The notes under the pieces are model-generated. The model saw only the letters and a program-made list of their open reading frames with translations. It was not told the origin of the DNA and searched no databases. Both the position numbers and the translations under genes were made by a program. A DNA stretch of 46,685 nt from Selaginella moellendorffii (Eukaryota > Plantae > Lycopodiophyta): positions 1-46,685 of the forward strand of contig NW_003314473.1 of the NCBI RefSeq assembly GCF_000143415.4, in the 5' to 3' direction. Shown here piece by piece: positions 10,341 to 21,853 of this stretch; positions within the stretch are counted from its first letter, which is position 1, and each line of letters opens with the position of its first letter.

Positions 10341-11725
10341 GGAGAGTGATCCTGCGCGACAGAGGCGGAGCAGCGGCTGGGTCCGGCCAGGAAGAGAGTG
10401 GCTCAGAGCGGGTCGCATGCCCCCCCTTCCTGCCCCGACCGGCGGCACATACACCCCCGGCCGCTGCTGGCTGGGAGTGATGCCCCCCTCGAGCCCATTC
10501 CGTCCGCGGAGGGGCTTCGCGGGTGTTTGCTGTCCGCGGAGCCGGGCCCGGGGCGTTTTGCGCATCGATCGCCGATCCGCCCACGGGGGGCTCGACGACC
10601 GGGGGGATCGATCATCCGCCGCTCCCCGCCGAACACCCCAACAAACCGCCCGCCTTCTCCCGGCCCGGCGGTTTTCCCTCCCTTCTTCTTCTTCTTCTTC
10701 TTCTTCCCGTGTGTCGACAAAACAACCCACTACTAATAACTCCCCAGTTAGCAGTGGTTCTCTCTCTGCTGTGCACCCGGTGGCAGCACGGTGTGCCCGC
10801 CCACCAGCCAAAAGGGCGAGAGGGTGTGCGGTCTCACTGCTTGCTTGCACCGACTCCGGGTGTGCCGTGTCGATCTGTCGGCGGGGAGCGGGTCAGCACA
10901 CTACTGGACTGGAAACCACCGGTCCGTCTGTGGATCGTCGTCGGCAGCAGAGTGGATGGGGGGGACCCACCTCCGGGCCAGCGGCTGTTGTGGGCGGGTT
11001 CGGTGGGCTCGACGGTCGGAAGAGGGCGACCGCGGAGAGGCGAGGGCGGGGAGTGGCTCGATGTTGGCCGGGAGTGGTCGAAACCACACTGCCCAGGACC
11101 CGTCGGTGGAGGGCGCTCCTCGGGCAAGAGAATATGGGGGCTTCGTGGGTGACGGGATGCTTGATCGGGGTATGAGTGGGTGTGGGGTATGGGTTGGGCT
11201 GTCCCCGCCGCTCTTTACTGCTGTGTGTAGTGGCCCGGTGCGGTCATCGGTCGAGTCGGGACTCGGCGGCCTCCCCGCTCGTCGTCGTCGTCGTCGTCGT
11301 CGGGTGGGTTCATCAGCCGTCGTGGTCACCTCTGACGCACTGTCGATGACCCCAAACCCGGAGCACCGTGCGGCACACCTCCCCCAGCCACGGACAAAGG
11401 GGGGAAGGGCATGCTCTTGTGGGCTGTTGTTGTCCCAAGGGCATGGTGGTGTCGGCAGTGCGGGGTGGGACACACCCGCTCCGCCCCCCCTTCCACCCCC
11501 CGCTGGCCCGGGCAGCAAGTTCCACCGGGTAAACCCGACCAGAATGGGCTCACGCGGCACGGTGTCGGGCCGTTTCCCAAGCCACGCCGCGCCCAGAGAG
11601 CTCGGAGAGGACGACCGACGGGGGGGCGTCTTCCTCGGGCCTCCGCCGGGCAGCACATACACCGGATATGGGTCCGCTTCGGGGCGGGGTCGGGGCCAGC
11701 TGTCGAACCCAACCCCGGGATGGGG

Positions 11726-11765
11726 GAAGAAGAAGAAGAAGAAGAAGAAGAAGAAGAAGAAGAAG
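11726..11765. repeat. (GAA)n microsatellite
   Basis: Directly visible. Confidence 0.9.
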
Positions 11766-12296
11766 CGGGTATCGGCGGGAAGGGTCGAGCACCGAGCCGG
11801 GGCATTCGGCGGGCGGAGGGGCATGGGCGGTGTGTCGGGGGAGTGGAGTGCCGGCGGGAGCATGAGCGGCGGAAAGCGGCCCAGCCTCGAACGGGGATCT
11901 CACTGACTGGGACAGGGGCCCCCCTGCGTCGTGATGGCGGGCCAGGGGGCGCTTGGGCTGTTGGGATGATGAGAGCGGCGGGGACCGTACCGTCGTTCGC
12001 AGTGGGCTGCTCCGTGCCGGCAAAAACCACTACATCTCCCCCCGCCCGGAGACACACGATATCTCTGTCCTCTGCCCAACCCCATCCGACGGTCGGCGAG
12101 GGGTGTGTCGCCGGGGTTAGTGGATGATGGGGTTTTGGACGACCCCGCCGATAACACATTTTGGCCGATCCTCCACAGCGGATGGCGATCGATCGGGGGT
12201 TGGGGGGGCTGTGGCCGAGGAGCCGGCTCCGACACCAATGTTCACTGTGGAGCCACACACGAAATGACGACCCCCGAGCGAGCCAAAGCCCACTCC

Positions 12297-12800
12297 ACGC
12301 CTCAACCGGATCAATTCACGCATTCGACGCAATCAGTCCGGTTACGTGTGTTCCATCGTACGCCGGATGTCCCACCCCTTCATGATGGATCACCCCCACT
12401 GAGCCGAAGACCCAAACCACGATCCCCGCTCTCCGCCGGGGTTGTCTTCCGCGCTGGGGTGGGACAGCACGAGGCCTCTTGGGGTGGGGTGGTCATCGAG
12501 GGCGTGCAGAGGGGCGTGGGCTCCCTGTCCCCGAGTGAAGCCAGAGCGTGCCAGCGGTCGGCAGGGAAAAGCCCGGCGGGTCGTCCACGGACGAAGAGGA
12601 CGTATGGGGCCCTACCCGGAGAGATAGGCGCATCCCCCATGCTCGCTCGGGCAGTACCGGCTCTCACGTCCGGGTATGCCGAGCCTGCTGCGGAAGGCGC
12701 CACCCCGCGTGACAGCGGATGGCCGGCCGAGACCAGGAAAAAGACCAATCGACCCGGCGCCCGGAGGGTCCTTCTTCCCTCCACCCGCACGACGGCATGA
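12297..12800 (+). CDS. atp8: ATP synthase subunit 8 (ACG start edited)
   Basis: TPQPDQFTHSTQSVRLRVFH...DGSPPLSRRPKPR edits to MPQLDQFTYLTQFVWLCVFY...DGLPxLSRRLKLR. The C-terminal half is poorly conserved, so the end is taken from the genomic TGA. Confidence 0.9.
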   Translation, partial: TPQPDQFTHSTQSVRLRVFHRTPDVPPLHDGSPPLSRRPKPRSPLSAGVVFRAGVGQHEASWGGVVIEGVQRGVGSLSPSEARACQRSAGKSPAGRPRTKRTYGALPGEIGASPMLARAVPALTSGYAEPAAEGATPRDSGWPAETRKKTNRPGARRVLLPSTRTTA

Positions 12801-12854
12801 TGGCCCAGCACGGGTCAATAGCGAACACAGCACGGGGATCGCACGAACAACAGT

Positions 12855-13376
12855 ACGATACTTCCCGGGGTGCCCCCAAGCCTTGCTCCTGTTCCGGGGG
12901 GATTGGCCGTCCGGAGTGGTGCCCCTAATCCAGTCCCAGCCGCTCCCCCGCCCCCGCCGGTCCCCGTCCCACGCCCAGGATCACCGGTTCGGTTAGATCC
13001 GGATTCCCTTGCCATGATACCCCCGGCGGTTCACGCAGGAGCGATGGCTGCCCCTTCTTCGCCCGCAGCGATGATGCGTACTTTTCGCCGAGAGGGCCGT
13101 GAACATGAGGTCGCGCCCAGGCACACCGAACCTGTCGTCGGACCTCTCTCCCCGTCGCACCTCCGGCCAGTGCTCGAGCACTCCCCGCGCCCCCCGACCC
13201 CCTCCGCGTATCCGATTGGGGAACACCGTGGACACGTGACGAGTGCGACCCATTCGGACACATCGGGGACTCTGCCTCATACGCACGTCCCGCCGTCGTC
13301 CATTGGTTCTGGTCCAATCCCACCCGCCGCTCCGCCCGGGGCAACCGCACCCACGGTGCACACACCCGGGGATTGA
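12855..13376 (+). CDS. nad6: NADH dehydrogenase subunit 6 (ACG start edited; 173 aa)
   Basis: PNPV...DSLAMIPPAVHAGAMAAPSSPAAMM edits to DFLAMILLVVYVGAMAVLFLFVVMM; SDTSGTLPHTH...IPPAAPPGATAPTVH corresponds to LETLGNLLYTY...ILLVAMIGAIVLTMH. Confidence 0.92.
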   Translation, partial: TILPGVPPSLAPVPGGLAVRSGAPNPVPAAPPPPPVPVPRPGSPVRLDPDSLAMIPPAVHAGAMAAPSSPAAMMRTFRREGREHEVAPRHTEPVVGPLSPSHLRPVLEHSPRPPTPSAYPIGEHRGHVTSATHSDTSGTLPHTHVPPSSIGSGPIPPAAPPGATAPTVHTPGD

Positions 13377-13600
13377 TGACCTCTGGCCCAAAAACCCCGA
13401 GCGGAAAACCCGGCACAACACATGCGGGGGCGGGGAGAGTGAGCTCGGCCCCCCCGGCTCAACCACCGGCGGGCGGTGTGCCTTCCGGCGCGGGGTGGGG
13501 GGGCGGCATACCACCGGCCGGGAAACCCCATAAACCGGCCGGGGAGAGCATGGGGAGGAGCAGCGAGCCCCCGTCGCCTTCTTGCTTGTGTAACCTCCCC

Positions 13601-13652
13601 ATGCTCCTCTCCCCGCCCCCGCTCCACTCACCAGTACCGGGTGGCCCCGGTT
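13601..13652 (+). CDS. nad3: NADH dehydrogenase subunit 3, exon 1 (3' boundary +/-3 nt)
   Basis: ATG followed by MLLSPPPLHSPV, which edits to MLLSPLLLYLLV with P5/Y9/L10 as in plant Nad3. 52 nt fits the nad3i52 position and the phase of exon 2. Confidence 0.6.
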
Positions 13653-15540
13653 CGCCCCGCTTCGCATGCCCCGCGGTGTGCGATGACCGGCGGGAGGATG
13701 CCCCGCCGAGACGACTGCCACGTCGGTGGTCGTCCGGTCGCTCCCCCCCGGACCGGATGTCGACCAGCAGATCGACGACCATGCCCCCCTTGGTTGGATG
13801 GGCGGGTCTGTCTCGGGGAGGGGGAGAGCGAAGCGGGTGGGTTTCAGCGCAGCAAGAAGAGAAGAGAGGGGCGGCGCATCCCGCTGTGGGATGTGGATCC
13901 GGCGGGTGTGTCCAACCAAGGCGGGGTTCCTCCGGTCGAGCGGGGAGTGTCTCGATCTTTCCCCGTTTCCGGGGTGGTCTGTGGTGCATGCGAGGCTTTC
14001 TTTGGGCATGCCGGAAGAGGCCGGGAATCGGGGGCGGGGGCTTCGTCGGCCGGGGATCCGGGGTGCGGCTGGGTTTGGTGTTTCCTCCCCGAGCGGCGAA
14101 CCGGGCCGGGGAGAGCAGAGGGCCAGGGAGGGGCGCCGACCGGCCGCATCGTTTCCAACCGATGACGGGGAGAGCGTTCGTACGGAACTCGCACCAATAG
14201 GACCCCATGCCGTGATCAGTTCGCCGCCCTCCCGTACCCCGACGGGCCCATGCGCCGTGTGCTCCGTGTGAGGGTGCTCGCGGAGGAGAGGGGCTCTCCC
14301 CGGCCACAGTGACGGCCCCCGCCCCGATTGATTGTCGGCGGTTGTCCTTGCACGGCCCAAAACCCCCGACCGGGGGGCGGCCACAGTGACCTTTCCGAGT
14401 GGCGCGGGAACCGACATGCGGAGAGGCGCTAGGTTCCGGGGTCTTCTCTCCTCCCTCGGGGTGCCGCCATCGTCAGCCGATCGGGGGCCGTGTACACCAC
14501 TGCGGCCGGAGCAGATGGGCCGGGGACGACCCCGACCCGCACGTGGACCGGGCAGTGGATCGCACCGACCACCGGAGTGCCCGGCGCGAGCAGCGGGTTC
14601 GCTCGCGGGGAGTTATTCGTCGGAGAAGAGACCGCTGGGGCGACCGGAAAACCCGATAAAGATGGTGGGTTGCCGTGGCTGTCTGGCGGGGGATGAGAAG
14701 CCTGCCTCCTTCCTACTCCACCCCTCCCCACCCCACCGCGCACGCCTTCGCCCCTGTGGCCGCCGTGTCGACCCGCCCGCGGTGCGGATCATAGCATCGA
14801 TGGTGTTTGTGTGCGTCGCCTCTCCCCGGCGCGATCGACCGAAACAACCCCCGCTATGGGCAGTGCGGGAGCGGACGACGGGGAGGCCGGCCCTGCTGGG
14901 GTTGGACCCGCTCCCCAGCGCTCCCCCCTCTGAACGACCCCCCGCCGGATGGGGAAAACCCCGGCGTCTGCGCCCACACCGTCGAGCGGCTCCCCGAACC
15001 GACGATCGATACTCCATCCACGGAGGACGGCCAACCTCAACCCACCAGCCGCTGTGGAGGGTAGTGAGTGATCCGCACGAGAACCCCCTCGGGACGGGTG
15101 GAGCTTGGGATGCCCGGAGATGTGTCGCGACCACCGAAAACCGGGCCCGCACACTGCCCGGGATCGTAGGGCCTACACCCCCCCTTCCCCGGGGATCTCC
15201 CGGGGCGGTGACCGCCACTCCCTACAGGGACTGTTCCTCAAGAATCGCACCTTTCGTGCCGCACCCCCCCCACCTGATGGTGGGGGTTATTACAAACAAA
15301 AGCCCGAGCCGGTGGAACAGCCCCGGGCAGAGAGCGCTCTCTGTCCGAGCCGGTGGTCGGTGGTTTCTGCTATCGACACCGGGGGCGGGGCTGCTCGTCG
15401 GCCGGGGAGCGTTCGCCCAGCCGCTGCTCGGGGGAGGACCCCGTCGCCCGGGAAGAGCCGCACGACCCAAGCAGCAAGGTCCACGCACGGTTCGGCCGCC
15501 GAGCCCGCCAGCCCGGCCAGGAGCACAGGCCAAGGCCAAC
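13653..15540 (+). other. group II intron nad3i52g2
   Basis: Domain V GAGCCGCACGA...CACGCACGGTTC at 15455-15493; ends ...GGCCAAC before exon 2. Confidence 0.75.
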
Positions 15541-15616
15541 CGATCCCTATCGGTGTCTCTCCCCTTGGGGCGGGGAGTGGTCCAGAGAAAGCGCCGGCTC
15601 ACGAGCGTGGTCCCGA
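15541..15616 (+). CDS. nad3: NADH dehydrogenase subunit 3, exon 2
   Basis: IPIGVSPL...PEKAPAHERGPD edits to ILIGVSFL...PEKVSAYECGFD. Confidence 0.9.
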
Positions 15617-18600
15617 TACGCCCCCCGAGCACAAGCCATCATGCCCGCCCTCTCCCGCCCTTTCCGCCCCACTCCTCCAGTCCGGTCGCTTCCCACTCCC
15701 CGCTCTCCCCCGCCCATCACCCGAAACCACCCGCTCTGCTGCGTGCCGTCCCGGGCGCCGGGGCCTGCTGGTTGACCCGCCGGCACTGTGAGCGAGAGAG
15801 ATTGGTGGGTCGTCGGTTGCCTGCCCTCGCCGTGATCGGGGACATGGCTCTTTTCGGTGTATCGATATCGGTATGGCTTGCAGCAGCCGGGACCAGGCTC
15901 ACTGTCTTCTCCCCGATCCAGGGGTGGTACGTGCCGACCGAACCGCCGACCGACCACCACCCATCGGGGGGCATAGAATGTGGGTTGTAGAGCCCTCTAG
16001 GGGCGGCGGCCCGTCTGCCCACCCCCAAGACCCCGGCGGGCATACCCACCCCCCAATGCCTCTCGCGGATCGCCTGCGGATGCTCCTCTTTCGGGTCTGG
16101 CCTGAACCCCGGCGGCACGACCGATGACCAGAAATCGCTCCACCCGTGGCGGGATCGGGCATGCGCGGGCGGAGAGAGCATGTGCTGGGCCGGGTTGGGC
16201 TGGGGAGTCGTCCAACAACGCACGAGCACGCAAAACCACCCCCAGCCAGTATGACGCGACAGAGGAGCAGACCAGTCCCGCTCTCACACCCCAAGCCAAC
16301 AGTGCTGGGTGGGCAGCGCACGACATCATCGCGGATCGGGGGGAGCGACAGTCGTCGATACGGACGGCAGGGGATAGGGGGGGAGTGGTTGGGGAAGAAA
16401 GTGCGTGGGCGGGGGTCTCCGGCGCTCGGTGAAATCACTGCTGGTGCTTTTTGGGGTGATGGGTTTTGGGGGGCTTCGATACAACAAGGCCCGGATCCGA
16501 CGCCCGATGATGGGCCGGTCGATCTCCCGAAACCGGGCACTAAACCCCCAATGAGCACCGGCCTGCTGAACCGCCGCGATCGTGTGCCTTCCCCCAAGCC
16601 GCTTCCCCCGCCCGATCCTCCCCGTTCCTCTCCAAACCCTCTCCCAGTCCCGACCGACCCGGCGTCGGGAGATCGTGTCTCGCCTCTCTTCCTGGGAGAG
16701 GCTCCGGCGCATCGGGGCATGCTCTGGTGGGCGGCCCACAGCAGACCGAACCGCCTCCGCCGAACCCCAAACACGGGCCACCCCGGCCATGGCCATGCGG
16801 AGAGGAACGACGAGGCGATCCGGAGCACCTTTCGTCGCGACGAGACCCACTCCGACCGCGCTGACTCCGCGACTGCCCACTGCAGTGTGCTTTCCGCCCC
16901 CGGTCCGAGCGACCACGGCCCGTGCGTGGCCGCCGCGCCCTCTCCCCGGTCGAGCATCACCGGCGATGATCCGACCCCCGCTGCTGCCGCCTCCGGTGTG
17001 GGTGGAGCGGGAGCATGTCGACCCGGGCCCAACAACCTCTGCACGGGCGAGACCGGGCATCCGGATCGGGGTCTCTTCGGCGGTCTGCTCCCTGCGGACG
17101 GGCATGCCCCTTTGGCGGCCCTCCCTCTCCCCGCTCGACCGCTCCCCATCCGCTCCTGTCTGTTGGCCGGAACAACCTGCCGCCCCGGCCCCGACGAACG
17201 ACCACGCACGATCCCCCGGAAAGGGGGCAGACCAGATCGAAGAAGGGTCTGCTGCCCGGGGGGCGGGGGCATGTCCAAAACCCTGGTGGTTGGGGGGCGC
17301 ACGTTCGCCGGCTCTTCTCCCCGCCGAACCACCCTCCCTTTTCCCTCCACACCGGACGGAGCGCACGGGCCGTGTCGTGCACCATGTGCGCTGTTCGACC
17401 AGGGTTTTTGGCTGACCGACGCACACCACCCCGCGACATACGATCGAGCGCACCGCCGATATCCACCACCGGCCAACCAAAAGCCGCATGATCCACGTGT
17501 TCTCGGGTTCGTCGGAGGAAGGAGGGGGCGGCCCCGGAGAGGGATGTCCCCGCCGGAAGAATACCACTCCCCGCCCTTCCCCCAAAACCCGATCCGACGG
17601 CCCGCCGCACGCGTCCCAACCGCCTGGGTGGGGTGTTGCCCGGTTGCCGCCCCGCCCGTGTCCCGGGCCCAAGGCAGCACGAGCGTCGTCCCGGCATGCG
17701 CTCTGGTGACGACCACTATCGCGCCGGTCCACTGCTCGATGACCCAAACCGCTCCGAGGGAGGAGGCGTGTTCCCGACCGAGAGGGGGCATGGCGGATAC
17801 ACCCCGAGCAGCGGGTTGTCCTTCTTCCACCGTGCCGAGGAACCAGCAAGCAGATACCGGGTCGGTCCTCCCTGGGCGGGTGATCACCCCGGGCACCGGA
17901 GCATCCGGCACGCGACATGGCCGCACACGGGGAGTGGGGCAAGCAGGAGGGGTGGGGGCTGTGGGGAGGAGGCCGCGGCGCCCGCCTCCCCGTCTGGGGT
18001 TGACACAGCACGCAGACCCACAGCGTCTCGCCAACCCTCCGGTAGAGACCACTCACCCCGGGCCCGGCCGAGCGTTGGGCTGCGGCTCTCCCCGTGGCGC
18101 ATGGGGCTGGGAGAGGTGCCGGAGAGGTGTGCCCCGGTGGTCGGCGGGAAGGGTCGACACTGACGACTGGAAGGGGGGCGGTGCGGGAGGGAAAGGGAGA
18201 GGAGAAGGGCAGCACTCCCCACTTCCGGGCCAACACCTGTTATCGATATCGATCGCGCTCTGTTGAGGTTCGGGGATCGGATACCGAGGGCGTGGGCGGC
18301 CTTCACACTTGGTGGGGGTCGTCAGAAAGTGGGCAGGGTGGCGGCCGATGGGCGTACGTGTCGTCCCGGCTCCGGGGGCTGTGCCGGGGTCGGGGCGGCT
18401 GGTCGCGGGGGGGGCTGGGGGTGTCGTCACTACTCACGAACCCTGCTGGCGCACACGCCCGCCGGGAGTGGTTCTCCGGGCCGGCCCGGAGAGGAACGCG
18501 ATGATCGGGGCGACCACCCCCACGACGGAGGGAGGACAGAGTGAAAAGGAGGGGCATGATGGCATGGCCCATGGGGAGGCCAAGCCCGGCCCGGGGAGAG

Positions 18601-19475
18601 GCATAGCCGTATCGAGGTGGCTGGTGGAATCCGTGCGCGGATGGGGAGTACTGGCTCGTGTCTTGAGTAGGAGGGCACCACCCAACCCGCATCATGGGGC
18701 GGGTCGGAGAGGCCTGTGGACCCTTTGCTGCCGGAAGAATGGGCATGCCCGGGAGAGGGGGAGCGGATCGACGGAGCGGCAGGGCCGGCCAGCTCTGCAG
18801 GGTGTGGGCCATTCGGACGGGGATAGCGGCTCGGGCTATACACACACCGCGGCGCCCAAGAAGGTATACGTATGCACCGACACTCTCGCCCGTCTCTGGG
18901 GCCACGAGGGCTTTCGGTCGTGTGGCGTGTGTCGTGGGCGGCGCGTTCCCCCCCTGGTGCGGTGGGTGCGCCAGCCAAACGGGGTCCCCGGCGCACCGGG
19001 CCTTTGGCTCGCGATCGGACCGAAGAAGAGGCGAGCGATGGGGATATCGAGGTCGGGTGTCGGGGAGGAGACATGGTGACGGGGTTATCGGCCGGATGCG
19101 ATCCGCAGGGGCTTGGGCCGGGGGGCGGCGTGGGGGGTGCCTGCACCGGGCACGGCATCTCAAACCGCCGAACGAAAAACCCCAAGCGCGATCTCCCATC
19201 CGGGTCGGTGCACGGACGGGCCCGGGGTGGTGGCCGGGAAGGGGTGAGCATCGGTCGGGTCGCCCGGGCAGCGGGGCCGGAGGAGAGGCCGGCCCTGCTG
19301 GGGCCCGCCGCGAGCAGGGCGGCTTCGGCGCTCGAATGCTCGACCCCGCCTCGCTGTTGTGCCCACAGAGCGGGAGAGCCGCGCAAGAGGGGACCCCCGC
19401 GCACGGTTCGGGGAAACCACGAACGCGCCCGGCAGAGGCCATGCTCAGACCGACGCGAGTGCGCCCCCACTCCAC
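15617..19475 (+). other. group II intron nad3i140g2 (3.86 kb)
   Basis: Splits the Asp codon GA|C as expected for i140; domain V GAGCCGCGCAAGAGGGGACCCCCGCGCACGGTTC at 19376-19409; ends ...ACTCCAC. Confidence 0.85.
18303..19088 (-). CDS. putative divergent TatC-like membrane protein ORF, antisense within nad3i140g2 (start uncertain)
   Basis: Open frame with TatC-like spacing: REPKAR (ExRxR), GESVGAYV (cf. TEAFPTYV), RVGW followed 19 aa later by QPPRYGY (cf. PNVW +19 QPKIYDY). Hydrophobic segments appear after C-to-U editing. Overall identity is low. Confidence 0.4.
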   Translation of the reverse strand: MTPSPCLLPDTRPRYPHRSPLLRSDREPKARCAGDPVWLAHPPHQGGNAPPTTHATRPKALVAPETGESVGAYVYLLGRRGVCIARAAIPVRMAHTLQSWPALPLRRSAPPLPGMPILPAAKGPQASPTRPMMRVGWCPPTQDTSQYSPSAHGFHQPPRYGYASPRAGLGLPMGHAIMPLLFTLSSLRRGGGRPDHRVPLRAGPENHSRRACAPAGFVSSDDTPSPPRDQPPRPRHSPRSRDDTYAHRPPPCPLSDDPHQV

Positions 19476-19716
19476 CCCACCCGATGATGCCAGAAATCGT
19501 CCCGAGACAAGACCTCATCCTGTTCCCACATCACCCACCACCCCCGATTCGGAAGTCACCTCCTCCCCTCCCTGGGCCATCTCCCCCAAGTGGATCGATC
19601 TGCTCGGATCCCGGTCCATGATCGTGCCCTCCCCGATACCGACCATAGGGTCCTTCCATGAACGGAGACAGGGGGCGCCAGATCGGCACTCATCCCCGAT
19701 CGACCGGGGGGCTTGA
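19476..19716 (+). CDS. nad3: NADH dehydrogenase subunit 3, exon 3
   Basis: PPDDARNRPETRPHPVPTSPTTPDSEVTSSPPWA...IPTIGSFHERRQGAPDR edits to PFDDARNRFEIRFYLVSILFIIxDLEVTFFxPWA...ILTIGFFYEWRQGALDW. Spliced total 369 nt, in frame. Confidence 0.95.
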
Positions 19717-21819
19717 ACCGACGACCCCACCCGAACTGCCCCCGCCTCAGTCGGACTGTGAGCAGCGGGTTTTCCCCATGGGCCGGAGCATGCAGCAAAA
19801 CCCCGAACCGGACCCGCGATCCGATGATATAGCCCATGCCCTCAAGCCGCCCACCGCCCCCCCGCCGAACCCAATCCCCCGCCCATGCTCCTCTGCTCTG
19901 CTCTGCTGCTGGCCGCCCCCTCTCCCGCTCCACGCCCCCGCCGGGTTTCCACTCCCGAGAGGAGTACCCACGACCGACACGAATGCCTCTCCCTCGGCGG
20001 GAGCCAACCGGGGGGCAGGGGCGCTTTGCGGATGGGGCATGCGTCGTCGTGCGCGGGGAGGAGCAGCGGTTTTGGGTGGTCCGAGTGCGGGTCTGGGTCT
20101 ACCCGGTTCTCGGGGAGGATGGAGCCGGCGGAGAGGGCCGCATTCCCTCTGTCTGCTGTTCGCGCTGGGGCATTTCGGTCGGGCCCGGGAAGGGGAAGGT
20201 GGTCATGCCGATAGAGGCCCGTACGCCGGGGTTGGAGGGGGCTGCGAAGGAGGTTTTCGTCGGTACATCCGGTGGTCCGGCGGGAGTGGGGTGATGGCCT
20301 GGCTCGGGGAGGAGCGGGTTATAGCTATCCGGCTGGGTCGAGGAGGGAGGTTAGTAGGGGGGTGGCTTGGAGGACGACGGCCGCGCCGGGGGCGTTTATT
20401 CGTGTCGGAGGAACGAGACCGAACCCTGGGCCTTATCCTCCCAGCAGGCTCCCCGGCCCATGCCCCGGGTGCATCCGCTGCCCACCAAAAACCAGCATGC
20501 CCGACGCGACCCGAGTAGCCCTCGACCGGCCCTCCGGTCGGCAGTGGAAGGCAGACCGCGGTTTTGCTCCACGGAGAGCCCCGGTCGGCCCGACTGCAGA
20601 TTGGGGGTCGTCGATGGAGAGAGAGCGGGGAGGGAATACCCGGTCCGGGCACCGGGATCCGGATCCCACCACTGGAGGGGTCGTGATATCATGAGGGTTT
20701 CGTATGGGGTTTGCGCCGGGGTATACCGGGGGAGTGGTTTGGTTCGTTCTGGTGTCCGATCATCGATCCGGCGCAGTGGTCGTACCTGAAGATTCCGACG
20801 ATTGCCCCCCACCCCAGACGAGCCCAAACACGCGCCACACAAACCCACCGCCGAGAGAGGCCGGGCGCCCGGTGCGTTCCGTCCCCGGCCGGTTCGCTCT
20901 CCGGCCGGGATGCTCTCCCCCCGCCGGAGGACCCACTGGCCCCCCAGCAGAGCGCCGGGACCGGCCGGCCTTCCAACGCCCCGCCACTGTGTAGACCGAC
21001 CACTCTCGGATCGGGCGCGCAGATCGTGGGAGCATCGAGTGTTTGCCCCGCACATCTGCTGGCCATTGCCCCGGACCCAGCAACAGGCTCAGAGGGGGTG
21101 GGGACAGAACCCGCCCCCCGACACACCGCACCTGCCCACTCCTCTCCCTGATCCGGGGCGGGTATCCCCGGCCGCTGCTTCTTCTTCGCTCAATCCTTCG
21201 CGGCTTGGCACCCCGCCTGGGTCGGCTCCTCCGCACACCCCGCAGAGTGAACCACCGCGCCGCCCACCGCACTCCGCTCTCACTGCCGGTCTGCCGCTGT
21301 CCGCACTGCTGTTGTCTCTCTCTCTCTCTCTCTCTCTCCCTCTCTGGTGTGTGCCGGTTTTGCGGGGTGTGTCCAACACTGCTGTCCGATGCCGGTCTCG
21401 TCGGTCATCCCCTTCTCCCGCCGGGTGTGGTCGAGCCGTCCGCCCGCCCAACACCCGACGAGTGGATCATCAATCGGCCTCTTCCCCGTCGATCCACCCC
21501 AACAGCCGGCTCTGCCCGGAGCGAGACCAGTCCAAGCGTCATCGGAGAGACAGCGGCGGGGTGATGGCCGCGTCGCCCCGAGACCCCTGGGGAGGTGGTG
21601 TCGTCGACCGTCGTCTGCTGGGTTTTGGGTGGTGAATGAACCCACACCGCCGGAGTGGTGTGCAGTGGGCCGGCGGGGCTTTGGGCCGACCCCGTCTGCT
21701 GCGGGCGCTGGGGCTGCTGGTTCCGGAGCCCGCCGACCACCCGCCCTTGGCCGTGCCGGGAGAGGCACTGTGCCTGTCGTTCCCCGCCCCCCTTCGTGAC
21801 CCCAACCCCCGGCCCCAGC

Positions 21820-21821
<2 letters not shown>

Positions 21822-21851
<30 letters not shown>
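21822..21851. repeat. (GCT)10 microsatellite
   Basis: Directly visible. Confidence 0.9.

Positions 21852-21853
<2 letters not shown>

Noticed and set aside
9202-11175. 657 aa ORF overlapping the maturase end
   Set aside because: Runs through several microsatellites and is an off-frame shadow of domain X.
13676-13682. GTGCG as the nad3i52 5' splice site
   Set aside because: Gives the wrong phase for exon 2 and an over-long exon 1.
16530-16542. AAACCGGGCACTA, resembling the 5' end of plant mitochondrial 5S rRNA
   Set aside because: Similarity stops after 13 nt and no 5S structure follows.
17481-17510. Domain V-like AAGCCGCATGAT...GGGTTC inside nad3i140g2 (possible twintron)
   Set aside because: The distal helix does not pair properly and no exon or convincing domain VI follows.
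15899-18266. Overlapping 717, 706 and 636 aa ORFs
   Set aside because: They lie within nad3i140g2, are G/R/P/A-rich on both strands and show no motifs with or without editing. Stops are rare at this GC content.
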